A program made the translations under genes and the position numbers. A stretch of DNA of 64,000 nucleotides, from positions 248,001-312,000 of the forward strand of contig NIVC01001001.1 of assembly GCA_002269645.1 (NCBI GenBank). The letters are read 5' to 3'. The notes below the pieces were generated by a model. The model worked only from the letters and a program-made list of their open reading frames with translations. It searched no databases and was not told the origin of the DNA. Within the stretch, counting starts at the first letter, position 1, and each line of letters begins with the position of its first letter. Of this stretch, positions 40,900 to 52,858 are shown one piece after another. The stretch comes from Macrostomum lignano. Its lineage: Eukaryota.

Positions 40900-43800
40900 T
40901 TAAGGACGAACTCACTAAGATCGACGGCCAAAGGGCTGACTACCCAACTCACGGCGTCCAACTCGCACATCTTCACGCCATCATCTGTAACGACATTCTA
41001 ACGGCCGCTGCCCATAACATACTCAAAGGGGCCAGAACTGCTGCGAAACCATTCTGGACTGACGCCTGCGCCCAAGCCACCCGGGAGTGCAAAGAAGCCC
41101 GGCACGTCACCGAGCTGTCCCCGAGCGACGACAACCTGGCTAGGTTCAAAGCGGCCCGTAACAACTCCAGAAAGGTGAACCGCCAGGAGAAACGCCGCGC
41201 CTGGAGCGAGAAGGCAGCTGAGCTCACCATCAACAGCGACCTTTTCCGCACTCTGCGCCAGATGCGTGGCGATGGCCCCAAACCAAATAGCGGCGCCTCC
41301 CTCCAGAGAAAGAAGACGGGGCAGCAAGAACCATCTCGGCCGGCCCGCACCAACCTGGAGAAGGCCAACCTGTTCTGTCAGCAATACGCCGCTGTCTCTA
41401 GAGTTAAAGGAGGCCCCAAGACGCCCACACCAATCAAGCCGCGAGAGCAGCCCTCAACTCCAGCTGCACGTGCAATGGCTCACGCACCGACATGTGCTCC
41501 GCCTTCAGCCTGACCGAATACCGCAGCGCTGTGCGCTCGCTCAAATCCGAGAAGGCACCAGGCCCGGACGGAGTTACCAACGACATGCTTAAAAGACTCC
41601 CACCGACCACGGACCTGAGGCTCCTGGACCTCATCAACCGGTCTTGGAAGGAAGGAGACTGCCCGATGCAATGGAAGAAATCGGTCATCATACCTATCCC
41701 CAAGAAAGGGAAAGACCCTAGTAACCCGGAGTCCTACCGCCCAGTGGCACTCACCAGCAGCATCGCCAAACTGGCCGAACGGATGGTGCTCCAACGCCTG
41801 CGCTTTGCCCTCGAGAATTCTGGCCGCCTCAGCAGTACCCAGGCCGGCTTCCGCCGCGGCCGCTCTACTGAGGAACTCATCGCGAGCACCTGCCAAGACA
41901 TCTTTGACGGTCTGGAGGCGGTCCCACACCTGCGGTCAGTGCTGTGCCTTCTCGACTTTAGTCGTGCTTACAATCGGGTCTCGAGGGCTGGGCTGATCGC
42001 CAAGCTGAAAAAGCTCGGCATCCCTAACGACGTGCTCCGCTGGATCCGGAGCTTCCCTGCCGACCGACGTTCCCGCGTACGAGTCGGCAATTGCCTGAGC
42101 AATGAAAGAATCTTCAAGGAAGGCCTCCCCCAGGGCAGCGTGCTGGCTCCCCTGCTCTGGGTCGTCTACATCAACGACCTGGACACGGAGATTAAAGAGG
42201 CCCATACGGACTGCAAACTGAAGCTCTACGCAGACGACAGCGCCCTCCTGGCCACCGACCGGAGCCTCGACGCCTGCGCTGCGAAGCTCCAACCTGCCCT
42301 GGACGCTGTGCACAAATGGTGTCAGACGTGGAAAGTGGAGTTGAGCGCTGCGAAATGCGTCTACGGAACCTTCACCCTGGACCCCAAGGAAACCAACGGA
42401 AAGAAGAAGGTCAGCCTCACCATCGGTGGCCAACCGCTGGCCTATGACCCAGCGCCACGCTACCTGGGAGTGCGCCTCGACGACCAGCTCGCATTCAACA
42501 AACAGGGGGCCGACGTCCGCGCTCGTATGTGCGCTCGGCGCCGCCCGCTTGCGGCGCTAGCCAACCGCAGCACCGGAGCCGACCACCATACGCTGAGAGC
42601 CGCCTACGTCAGCACTGTCAGGGCTGTCGCCGACTACGCCGCGGGCACCTGGCTCTGCGGGGCAGCCCCCTCAACAAGGCACTCCATCGAGCGTCAACAG
42701 GCTGCCTGTGCCAGGATCATCACAGGCTGCATCCTACCTTCGGACACGCGAAGCGTCCTCCGTCTTGCCGAGCTCCCACCGGTCAGCCACGTCGCCTCCG
42801 AAAGAGCCGCCCGCCTCCGGGAAAGGATCCTGAGATTGGGCCCAGGCGCAGCAGCATACGAACCTGCTACCAGGAGCACGCGCCCGAGGCTGAAGAACCG
42901 CACCTACGAGGCTGGGCAGAGGAGACCAACGACAACGGACGCCCAAATTGACACGCCCCACATCGACCTCAGAGACACTAGGCGCCCTTTCCGCAACTGC
43001 TGGCGCCGAGCGGCACTAGAGATGCCAGCCAGCGTCGAGCTCGACCAGTACATCAGAGACGACATATGTAGTCCCGGTATCGCTCCCTGGGCGGCACACA
43101 CGGACAGAATCCGGTTCTGTCTGGAGGCAGCCTCGAGGTGCAGCAAATCAGACCCGTCCGCCGACCGGAACGCAGCCGCCCGCGACACCCTGGAGGACCT
43201 ACCTGAAGCAGACATCAACATTTGGACGGACGGCTCCGTTGCCGACGGCACAGGGCCAGGAGGCAGCGCCGCCATCATCGGTACTAACCTGGTGACCTAC
43301 GTCCGGAAGAGCCCAGCTGGCCGCTTCTGCAGCTCATTCGACGCTGAGATGCGCGCTATCAAAGACGCCCTCACCTTTGTCGCGGAGAAGATCGCCCCTC
43401 GCGCAGCCCGCATCCGGCTGTGCAGCGACTCGCTATCGTCGCTCACGGCCCTGCAAGCGGGCCCCCTAGATCAGCGCACCGAGAGTGGCCTCTCCTGCTG
43501 GCGTTTCCTCATCGGCCTGGGCACCTGCGACCTCAATGATATTGACCTCGCCTGGGTCCCTGCCCACTGCGGCATACCCGCTAACGAAGCCGCGGACAGA
43601 GCCGCGAACGCCGCAGCCCGCTCTCCGCAAACCACGGCTGCCATTTCGCTGGGCGCTGCCAAGGCTGCCATCCGCCGTGACCGCCGTGCGCTGGACGACA
43701 GCGCTATGCCCCCGGCCTGGCCAACCTTTCACGCTAGAAGCCGGACCGAGCACACGGCGGTCTGCCAACTCCGAGCCGGTGCCTCAATGCTCGCCGCCGA

Positions 43801-44053
43801 GGTCCGACACCGTTTCGGCCTGACGGACTCCCCGCTCTGCCAGGACTGCGGGGCACCGGACTCGAGCCTGCACGCGATCTACAGCTGCCCGAGGGGGGAC
43901 GCGCATCGCACTCGCCTGGTCAGCACTGAAGTGGAGCGCCTCCTTACCGAACCGGGCTTGGCCCTCTCGCTCCTCCGGAGCATGGGGCGTTGGCCCCCGT
44001 CTATTTCGGCGCCGCCGCGCCGCTGACGAGCGCTGAAGAAGAAAGAAAGAAAG

Positions 44054-44160
44054 CACCCGCCGGCCTTTACTGCCGACCTGGAGAAGCTTCTCCAGGCCCT
44101 AATAGGCGCCGCGTCTTCGTCGCGGGGGGAGGTGTCCCTATGGGATATCAAAGAGCGCCT
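44054..44160 (+). ncRNA. HDV-like ribozyme of E3
   Basis: Same architecture as element A, with compensatory changes in both J1/2 hairpins and P4 (GTGTCCC/GGGATAT). L3 TCTTCGT; J4/2 CAAA with C44149; P2 AGGCGC/GCGCCT. P1 pairing is imperfect in this copy. Confidence 0.7.
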
Positions 44161-47100
44161 ACACCTCGGACACCCTGTGTCCCATCGGCTAGAAGAAGTT
44201 TGTGTCAACGGAAGCTGCAGCCCGCCGATGCTTCCCGTCGGTCGAGGGTGGCAGTTGGGCCCACCACCTTCCCAAGCTGCGCTTAATCAGGGCCGGCGAC
44301 ATCGAAACCAACCCAGGACCCCCCCCCCGTCGCACTGTGGCAAGGCCTGCTGCGGCAAGCCGCTCCGCGACAGGGCGCTGGTCTGTCGGCAATGCAACCG
44401 CGGTTTTCATCTCCAAAGAATCTGCTCTGGGTTGAGCCGTTGGGCCTCGGACCGCGCTGTGCGCGAGAACACCTGGACTTGTTCTGACTGCTCACGTGGG
44501 CCAGTCTCATCCTCAGAGCCGCCGGGACAAGACACCGAGGCCACTGCTCAGCAAGGCACTCCCGACCAGGCGGAGTCACCGGCCGAGGATCGGAGACTCA
44601 CACTGCTTGCGAGGATTAAAGAAGAAAAGCCTAACTGCGCCAAGTGCAAGAAGACCATCCGGGTGTCGACGGTGATTTCCTGCTGTAACACCTGTGAGGC
44701 CTTTTTCCACAACGCATGCACCGAAGCCACCAGAGAACAGATCAAGCAAGAAGTCCGCAGGGGCCGCTAGCGGTGTCGTTTCTGTACCGAAGCCCTCACT
44801 ACCGGTGGAGCTACGCACTCCTCGCCAGAAGCCGACCCCACGGCCCAAAGCGAGACGCACCGAAGACGGAAATAAGGACCTGCCGATAACAAGGGCCTCA
44901 AGGTCCTGCAATGGAATGCGGACGGCATCCGTAACAAAATGGGAGAACTGGAGGAGCTGGTCCAACGCCTCAAAGTTGATGTCGTCATGATCCAAGAATC
45001 TAAGCTTGACTCCGTCTCCCGCACGCCAAAGATCCCCGGCTTTACCACCGTGAGAAAAGACCGACGAACTCTACGTTCCAGCGAGACGTCCAAGGGAGGA
45101 GGTCTCCTCACGCTCATCCGCCAAGAAATCCCCTTCCGGCGGCTCAAAGGCTGGAGTGGGGACACGGTGGAAGGCTGCCGCATCGTGATCAACCTTAGTG
45201 CCAAACAGCGTCTCGTGCTCACCAACATTTACCGGCCGTCCATCAGGCGCAATGCTGGCGCCGACTGCCGGGAGCACCCGGACATCGATCTCTGGCTGAA
45301 GCCGCACCAGCGCGAGATTATTGCTGGCGACTTTAATCTCCATCACACGACCTGGGGTAGTCTGCCTGGCCAGGGGCCCGAGGGCGCCGAACAAGCCAAA
45401 GCCCTGCTGGAGTGGTGTGACAGTAATGGGTATTGTGTCCTCAACTCGGGCTCCCTCACCTGTCTCGATCGCCGCGACGGTGGAGAGAGTGCCCCCGACA
45501 TCAGCCTCGCTAGCGCCGGCCTCGACGACCTCTGCTCGTGGGAGGCCCTTGACGAACTGGGCTCCGACCACAAACTCATTCTCATCACAGTGGATGGCGA
45601 CCGCGCTAGCACCGACCAGAAGATTTGTCTCGCCTGGGCCTGGCAGAAAGCTGACTGGAACAGCTACCAGGCCCAGCTCGAAGACGATAGCTATGGGCTC
45701 AACAAAGGCACTGTCAAGCAGCAAATCCAACGCCTCTGCTTTCGTATGAGTAAGGCGGCCAAAGCTTGCATTCCCATGAAGCGCGTCTCCTCCAAAAACA
45801 AGCCCTACTGGGATTCGGAGCTCTCTAGTCTTCGGGACGAAAGAAACAGACTCAGATCCCGTGGCGGTGACCCGGACGAGTGGAAGCGCCAGAATGCCGT
45901 GGTCAACAGGGCCTGCGCAGAGAAAAAAGCCGCCTTCTGGCAGGAATTTGTTCAGGACCTGTCTTATTCCTCAGACGTCAAAAAAGTGTGGCGTACCATT
46001 AAAACCCTAAGTGCTGGAGAGCAACCGACCGCGAAGAACGAAATCCTAGTGGCGGACGATAAGGAGTGCAGCTCGGATCGCGACAAAGCAAATGCTTTTG
46101 GTCAACACTACGCCAAGATCAGCACCCTCAAGCACGACGCCACTGACCGCGCCTTCAAAGTTAGCACCGCAAAGCGTTTGAATAAGTATCCCACAGGGAC
46201 CTCCGAGCACGATTGCGCCCTCACCATGGGAGAACTCAAACGAGTCATCTCACACCTCGACGTCACCAAAAAAGCCGGCCCCGACGGCATCGAAGCGGCT
46301 TTCTTCAGACACCTGCCGGACTCGTGGCTCACGGCCTGGCTCACGGTCTTTAATCGGTGCTGGTCCCTAGGGCACTGCCCGGGAGTCTGGAAGAAGGCGG
46401 TGATCGTCCCACTTTTGAAAGAGGGCAAAGACCCAGCCAACTGCAGCAGCTTCCGGCCTGTTAGTCTCACTTCCATCTGTGTTAAAACCATGGAGCGCAT
46501 TGTGATGGACCGGCTCATGCACTGGATCGAACTCAACAACACGCTGCAACCGTGGCAAGCTGGTTTTCAGAGAGAGCGTAGCTGCGAAGAGCAAGTGGCG
46601 CGTCTGGTCCAGGAAATCCAAGACCACTGGGAACAACGCCCGCCTCGCAAAACGATTGCTGTCACCCTTGACTGCTCCCGCGCCTTCGACCGGGTCTGGC
46701 GAACCCGCCTCCTTGTCCGTCTCATGGATGAGGGAGTCCCGGGTCGCATGGTGCACTGGTTTGCCAGCTTCCTGGAGGGGCGCCAGATTGCCGTCCGCGT
46801 GGGCGATACGATTGGCAAATGGAGGCCGCTTAAGGAGGGGGTGCCGCAGGAGGCTGTGTGCTCGCCGGTGCTCTTCCTCCTGTACATCAACGACTGGGCG
46901 GACTCCCTGGTCCCAGATGTCAACTACGCCGGCTTTGCTGACGACCTGGGCGTCTGGGCCTCGGGCAGCAACATCCAGCAGATTGCGGAGCGCCTCCAAC
47001 TGGCCATCGATCGCATCGACGCCTGGGCCACTGATCTCCGTATCGATCTCAATCCCCTCAAAACTGAATGCTGTATCTTCTCGAGAGACTGCAGGGACCG

Positions 47101-50100
47101 CGACCGTACCCTCAACCTGTGCATCCGAGGCCAGCAACTCCCAACCAGGCAGGAGCTGCGCTACCTGGGTGTCTGGATCGACAGCGGCCTGCTCTTCAAG
47201 CGGCAGTCCGACGAAGTTGCCGCCAAACTGCGCCGTCGTTGTGCTGTCCTGCGTGCACTATCGCATCGCGAATGGGGGTGGGACCGCGCCACGCTTAGGA
47301 CGGTGTATAAAGCCGTGGTGGAGTCTGTGGTTTGGGATGCGGCTGCAGCCTGGATGCCCTGGCTCTCCCAGACTCGCCTTAATGACCTGGACAGAGCCCA
47401 AAAAGTCGCTCTGAGACTTGTCTCCGGTCTACCAAGCTCGACTCCCAGCGTGGCCATCTACCGTGAGGCCGATTGTGTGCCCATCAGCCTGGAGGCCAAG
47501 CGACGAGCGCTGGTCGCCGTCGAAAAGGCGCTCCGGCGGCCCGAGGCGGACCCCTGGAGGTCCAGGTGTGAACTCAGGACCCCCACCCGGCTCAAAGCCA
47601 ACCGTGGCCTCCGCGAACAAGCCCACTCAGTGCTCAACGAAATCCTGCCGCACAGCCGTCTCCCGGGAGCCTGGGTCAGAGCCCCGCCGTGGGACACGCT
47701 CAGCGGCTCGAACCAGCTGAGGCTCTATCCACAACTGGTGAGACCGCTCCGTAAATCCGACAGTCAGCACACCCGCGATCCGATCATCGCCGACACCTTC
47801 CGAGAACGCCTGCCCAGTACCTGCTACTTCACGGACGGCTCCGCTTCGGGTGGCACCGCCAACGGCGGCGCCGCCTGGATCCTGTTTGACCAGGAGACGG
47901 GCACGGTCATCCGGGGCGGCCACTCTCCAGCGGGCAGATGGTGCAGCTCCTTCGAAACCGAGCTCCGCGCGCTCCGGGATGCTGTCGTGGATGTCATTCA
48001 GCAGGACATTGGCACCGCCGCCCTCCTCACCGATAGCCAGGCGGCCGTCAGAGCGCTGATAGCCGACCGACCCACCACTAACGCGTTACTCGAAGACCTA
48101 AAGGCTCTTCTTCGGCAAGCAGCTGGCCGTTGCGTTCTCACGATCCAGTCGATTCCCGGCCATGCTGGCGTGGCTGGTAATGAGTTCGTCGATCGCGAGG
48201 CCAAAGCCGCAGCTCTTCTGGAACAAGCCCAAGTGGCCATCTCGCTCGAAGCAGCCAAGCAGTTTATCTACCGCCGGCTCGAATACCTTCCGGACCTGAC
48301 CGGCCATCTGAAGGAGACTTACCAAGGACGCATCACGCACCATAACGGCAGCCGGCGAGAGCAAGTCCTCGTTGCGCAGGTGAGAGCTGGACACTGCCCC
48401 TCCTCGGCCTATTACGCTAAGCGCATCGGCAAAGCTCAGCTGGCCGAGTGCAGGCTTTGCGGGCTCGAGGTAGACCAATTCCACCTGGTCCACTGCCCTG
48501 CGACCGATGTCGCCCGAAGACAGAACAGCATTTGCGATCTGAAAGACCTAGCCGATGGGAACCTGGTGGCGCGGCTCCTGGTGTGGATCGATTGGATCCC
48601 GCTCTAGACGGCTGCACTCCGCACTCAACAACAACAACAGCAGCAGCAGTCACAGCCTCCGGCCGCAAAGAGGGGACGACAGCTAGGTGAGTCTTGCAAG
48701 TCTGTGTAGAAATTTCTTTTTCATCTTTATCTTTTACGAAACTCTAAATTCGGGATTATTGAAAAAAGATAGGGCTATTCTCTGTATGTAAAAAGTGCTT
48801 TTTCATCTTTGGCATTCATTTGGCTTTCGCAAACTCAAAATCAGGCTTATTGAAATAATATATAGGCCCCACTGTAAAACTGCTTTTCACCCTTCGCATT
48901 CAGAGTTGCTTTCGCAAACTCTAAATTCAGCTTATTGAAATTCGGATTCGGACTTCGGACTGTCTGTCGCAGATTGAAATAAAGGGAGGAAACTGCTTTT
49001 GGTTCAGCATTCATTTGTATTCGTGTGATTTACAAACTCTAAATTCACGCTTATTGAAAAAATCGATCACACACTTACCGACAGACCATTTTTAGGATAT
49101 TGGATTTGGCTTAAAATTTCTGAATTCAGGCTGTAGCTACTCCTGCCATCGATATCGTATTGAAGTAAATGGAGGAAACTGCTTTTGCTTTAGATTTATT
49201 TGGATTTCTCAATTCAGGCCTATTGAAATATCAGAGTTTTGGAGAATATCCGCAGTATAGAAATTGTATAGTTGGGTAATGCCTGTAAAGGATAGTCATA
49301 AAATTCCAGGGGCTGTATGACTAATCCTTGAACTAGAGAGGAGCGGGCGGGCAGGTTTTCTGGCAGTGATAAAATCAACCCCGATTTTTGGGCTCAGCAT
49401 GATGATGTAATCACCGCTGCATTGATAGTAGGGGTTTGGCGGCAATAAAACTTGGTTGCTACAGTGAGGGTTATTAATCAGACATTTATGACAGCTTTAA
49501 AAATCCAAAAGCGGCCGCGTGGTATTGTTGCTAGGTGTCAAGGAGGGGTACGAAGCAATGGAGACACGTGCCGATTGTGGGTTTTCTTAAATTTTACAAT
49601 GGCTGCTGCTGCAGGATCTGTGTTATCAGAGGATCATCAATCAAACATTTTGACAGCCTAAAATTCGAAGCGGGGTCAATCAACCCCACATTACTTTTGT
49701 TGCTGCGTGTTGGAACGTGCCGAGTTTTACAACTCGCCGATTTTTGTTGCTTGGGGGTGGAGCGATAAAATTGCTGCTGCAGCAGGGCAATAAATCAAAA
49801 ATTTTTGACAGTTTTAAAAATTCGAAGCGGTCAGAATTTTAGTCGCCATGCACATTTTAATTGCAGATTTGGCTCAATTTCAACCCCCGCCCCAGCCCGA
49901 CACTGTCGAAGGCGATGGTAAGGAGTTGATTTTATTTCATGAGTCATTCACCCGCCGCCGCCGCCTCTCGCAATTCTAATTTCAAACCCTCAATTTTTTC
50001 AGGCTTCATTGCGCGTCTTGGCGGGGCGAAAGCCCTGCCTAAATTTAGAGCCGCAGGGTATGAGTATGTGGTATCACTCACCGCAGCAGCTGCAGCAGCA

Positions 50101-51040
50101 GCAGATACTACCGATATTCGAGACACATTCGCTAGGGTAATAGCAACCCTCTGCGCGGACCTACATGCAAACGATTTCGTCGCAGCTAAGCTGTCGGCGG
50201 ACAACATGATGTTGACCATCAGTGTCCCACCGGTCCGCGACTTCACTGCAGAGCTTGTTTTCAAGCACATTAACAAGATTCTGCAGTCGGACTCCAGTGT
50301 CTTGGGCAACAACTTTAAATTGTTTTTGCTCAAGGCCTGGGTCTCGCGAGGTGGCTGCGGCAGCCTAGATGCGGCGGAGAAGCACATTCAGGCCAGGCAC
50401 GCTATGGGCAACAGCTATGTTGTCATCGCCAACAGCGAAAAGCGTTGCCTCATCAGGGCGCTAGTGGTGGCCAAGGCTTTCGCGGACATGCAGGCCAAGG
50501 CCATCACCGAGCAGACTTGGCGGACCATCAAAGCCGACTCCCCGCTGCAGACGAGGCTGACTGGGGAACTACAAATTTCTGCCAATCCGTATTCGGTGAG
50601 TAAAAATTATCTTGCGCATTTTAATTTATATTTTTATTAATATACAAATGTTTTAGTCTTTATCAACCATCGCACAGGCCGGGCCTTTCGGGGTCGATGT
50701 GCTCCCGCAACTGCTCGCGGCCCTCAATGCTCAGTCGCCCGGCCGAGATTTCGGCGCTCGTATATACAGCGCCGAGGAGGGCAACACATGTGTGTATGCC
50801 CTCCCTGGCAGCACAGTGCTCAATTTGCACCTGATTGGCGAGCACTTTACCGCGGTGTGCAAGGTGCCGCCGTTTTTCGGTGCCCGCCGCTATTGCGACC
50901 GCTGCCAGCAGGCGTACGACTGCGAGTCTAGAGAGCACAAGTGTGCCAACACCTGCCCTCAATGCAAAGTGCCCGGCACCGACTGCAAGAGCCTGCGGCG
51001 CGACTACAAGCGCTGCGCTGACTGCGGGCTGAATTGTTAC

Positions 51041-51391
51041 AATCATTAATCATTAATCATTAATCATTAATCATTAATCATTAATCATTAATCATTATTA
51101 TTAATCATTAATCATTAATCATTAATCATTAATCATTAATCATTATTATTAATCATTAATCGTTAATCATTAATCATTAATCATTAATCATTAATCATTA
51201 ATCATTAATCATTAATCATTAATCATTAATCATTAATCATTAATCATTAATCATTATTATTAATCATTGATCGTTAATCATTAATCATTAATCATTAATC
51301 ATTAATCATTAATCATTAATCATTAATCATTAATCATTAATCATTAATCATTAATCATTAATCATTAATCATTAATCATTATTATTAATCA
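51041..51391. repeat. (AATCATT)n 7-bp satellite inserted in pPolB coding sequence
   Basis: The coding frame CYN|HHRKNRAGRSRC is restored by removing it. Confidence 0.9.
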
Positions 51392-52126
51392 CCACCGGAA
51401 AAACCGGGCGGGGCGGTCTCGCTGTAGCTCCATCAGCGTCTGCCCCAAATGCAACTATTTGGAGGAATTAAAAGTGGGCCAAAAGGAGCCGGAGCACAAG
51501 TGCGGCCATGTCAAGTGCCCACTGTGTAAACAGTATGACGAGGCCGGCTCGCATTTGTGCTACGTCAAGGCTCCCAAAGTGAAGGCTTCAACTGCCCCGT
51601 ACGCTCGTACGGGATGAGGAGAAGCAGCATCATGTGCACCTGGTGACTGCCGTCACGTGCTGCGAGACCTGTTCCGGCCGGGCATTTCCGCGCGAGACTT
51701 GCCGCCTCTGCAATGGCCTGCATAGCACTGCCAATTGTCTGATTAGCCGCGATCTGGGGGAGGAATTCTCCAATTGCGTCAGCCACTCAGACTGCGCCTA
51801 CCAAATGGCCGGCTTTGTGGCTGTGGGCCCGGCCTCGCTGAATGCTTTTTTCGCTTGGCTAAGCACCACATTCCGAGGCGGCGCTATCGTTGTCGCACAC
51901 AATGCATCGGGCTACGATTCTTTTCTACTGCTTGGCGCTCTGCTCAACGGCCTGGCCAAGAAGCGGCCCCAAGTGTTGTTCCAGGGCAGCCGGCTAATGT
52001 GCATGACGGTTGATAAATTGGTATTTAAAGATTCGCTAAACTATATACCAATCCCGCTTGCGCAATTCCCCAAAGCTCTGGGGCTGGTAACAAAGCTGGC
52101 CAAGGGGACCTTTCCACGAGTTCAAC

Positions 52127-52858
52127 TAACTAACTAAATAAGTGATTCCGGCGCCTCAGCCAAATTAATAGGCTCTTACGCCACTAGAGAAAATATCAGT
52201 TCCAGATTGGGAGTGTACTAATGTACACTAAAATCCTAATTAGAATGAGAGGACTGTAAATTGGGCAAGTACAAATCAAAAACCTCTCCGGGGGACAGTG
52301 ACAGCGGTTCGACGAACCAGTCAGGGAGCCCGTGCCCAAAAAATCCAGGTTAGATAGACCCCTTGCCTATTAGGGTTGGCCCGAAGGCCGAGAGCCGTGG
52401 CAACCGTGCTGGGGCCGACCGCCCACCATCCCCGGGTAATAAAAACAAAACCTCCTCGGGGCCTAAACCCCGGGTACTCTTGCCAGACAGTCTCTTATCT
52501 TTGAAGCGGCAGGAGGGCTAATCGCCGGAACTGTTTCACCCTTTGCTTCGCCAACCCGCCATTTCTATAGTGACCGTGCCAACGGTCTCGTCCTGCTCAG
52601 ACTCAGTCCTGGTTCTGGCACACTCCAGCTTTAATAGGGTCACTGGCTGTTCGCTCAGAGGGCACCGTTGAGGGGGACCGTCAGAGCACCAACTGGAACA
52701 GGTATAGGCCTGCCTTCCTATACAGCTACCCACAGCCCTTCCTGATCCACTATTACCCTCCAACCCAGCCTACTAACTCATTACAAGCTTTCGGCCAGGC
52801 AGAGACAAGTTTCACAGAGGTACTGCGGTTAGGCGCCTCTATGCGAGACAAAACCACG
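52127..52858 (-). mobile_element. 732-bp retroposed insertion (probable truncated LINE or SINE) in pPolB
   Basis: 11-bp duplication ACGAGTTCAAC at 52116-52126 and 52859-52869; (TTAG)n-like tail on the minus strand; splits KGTFP/EFNKPANWNYVGP. Confidence 0.7.

Larger units (their letters stand above)
37354..44051 (+). mobile_element. LINE E2: diverged relative of E1, (GAA)-rich tail, 12-bp TSD, split by piggyBac; defective
   Basis: TSD AGCACCCGCCGG at 37342-37353 and 44052-44063. Same domain order as E1. Frameshifts near 37480 and 41410. Stop at 44024-44026. Confidence 0.93.
37344..48637 (+). mobile_element. LINE E3: Ingi-like element (2A-PHD-PHD-APE-RT-RNaseH-Zn knuckle), body 44054-48637, (CAA)n tail; defective
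   Basis: 2A at 44295-44321, two PHD-type Cys/His clusters, LQWNADG/IQESK/GDFN/SDH, FADD, FTDGS/ETE/TDS, CRLC..H..C. Frameshift in the C-run at ~44320 and in-frame stops at 44768 and ~44872. Its first 10 nt lie upstream of E2. Confidence 0.9.
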
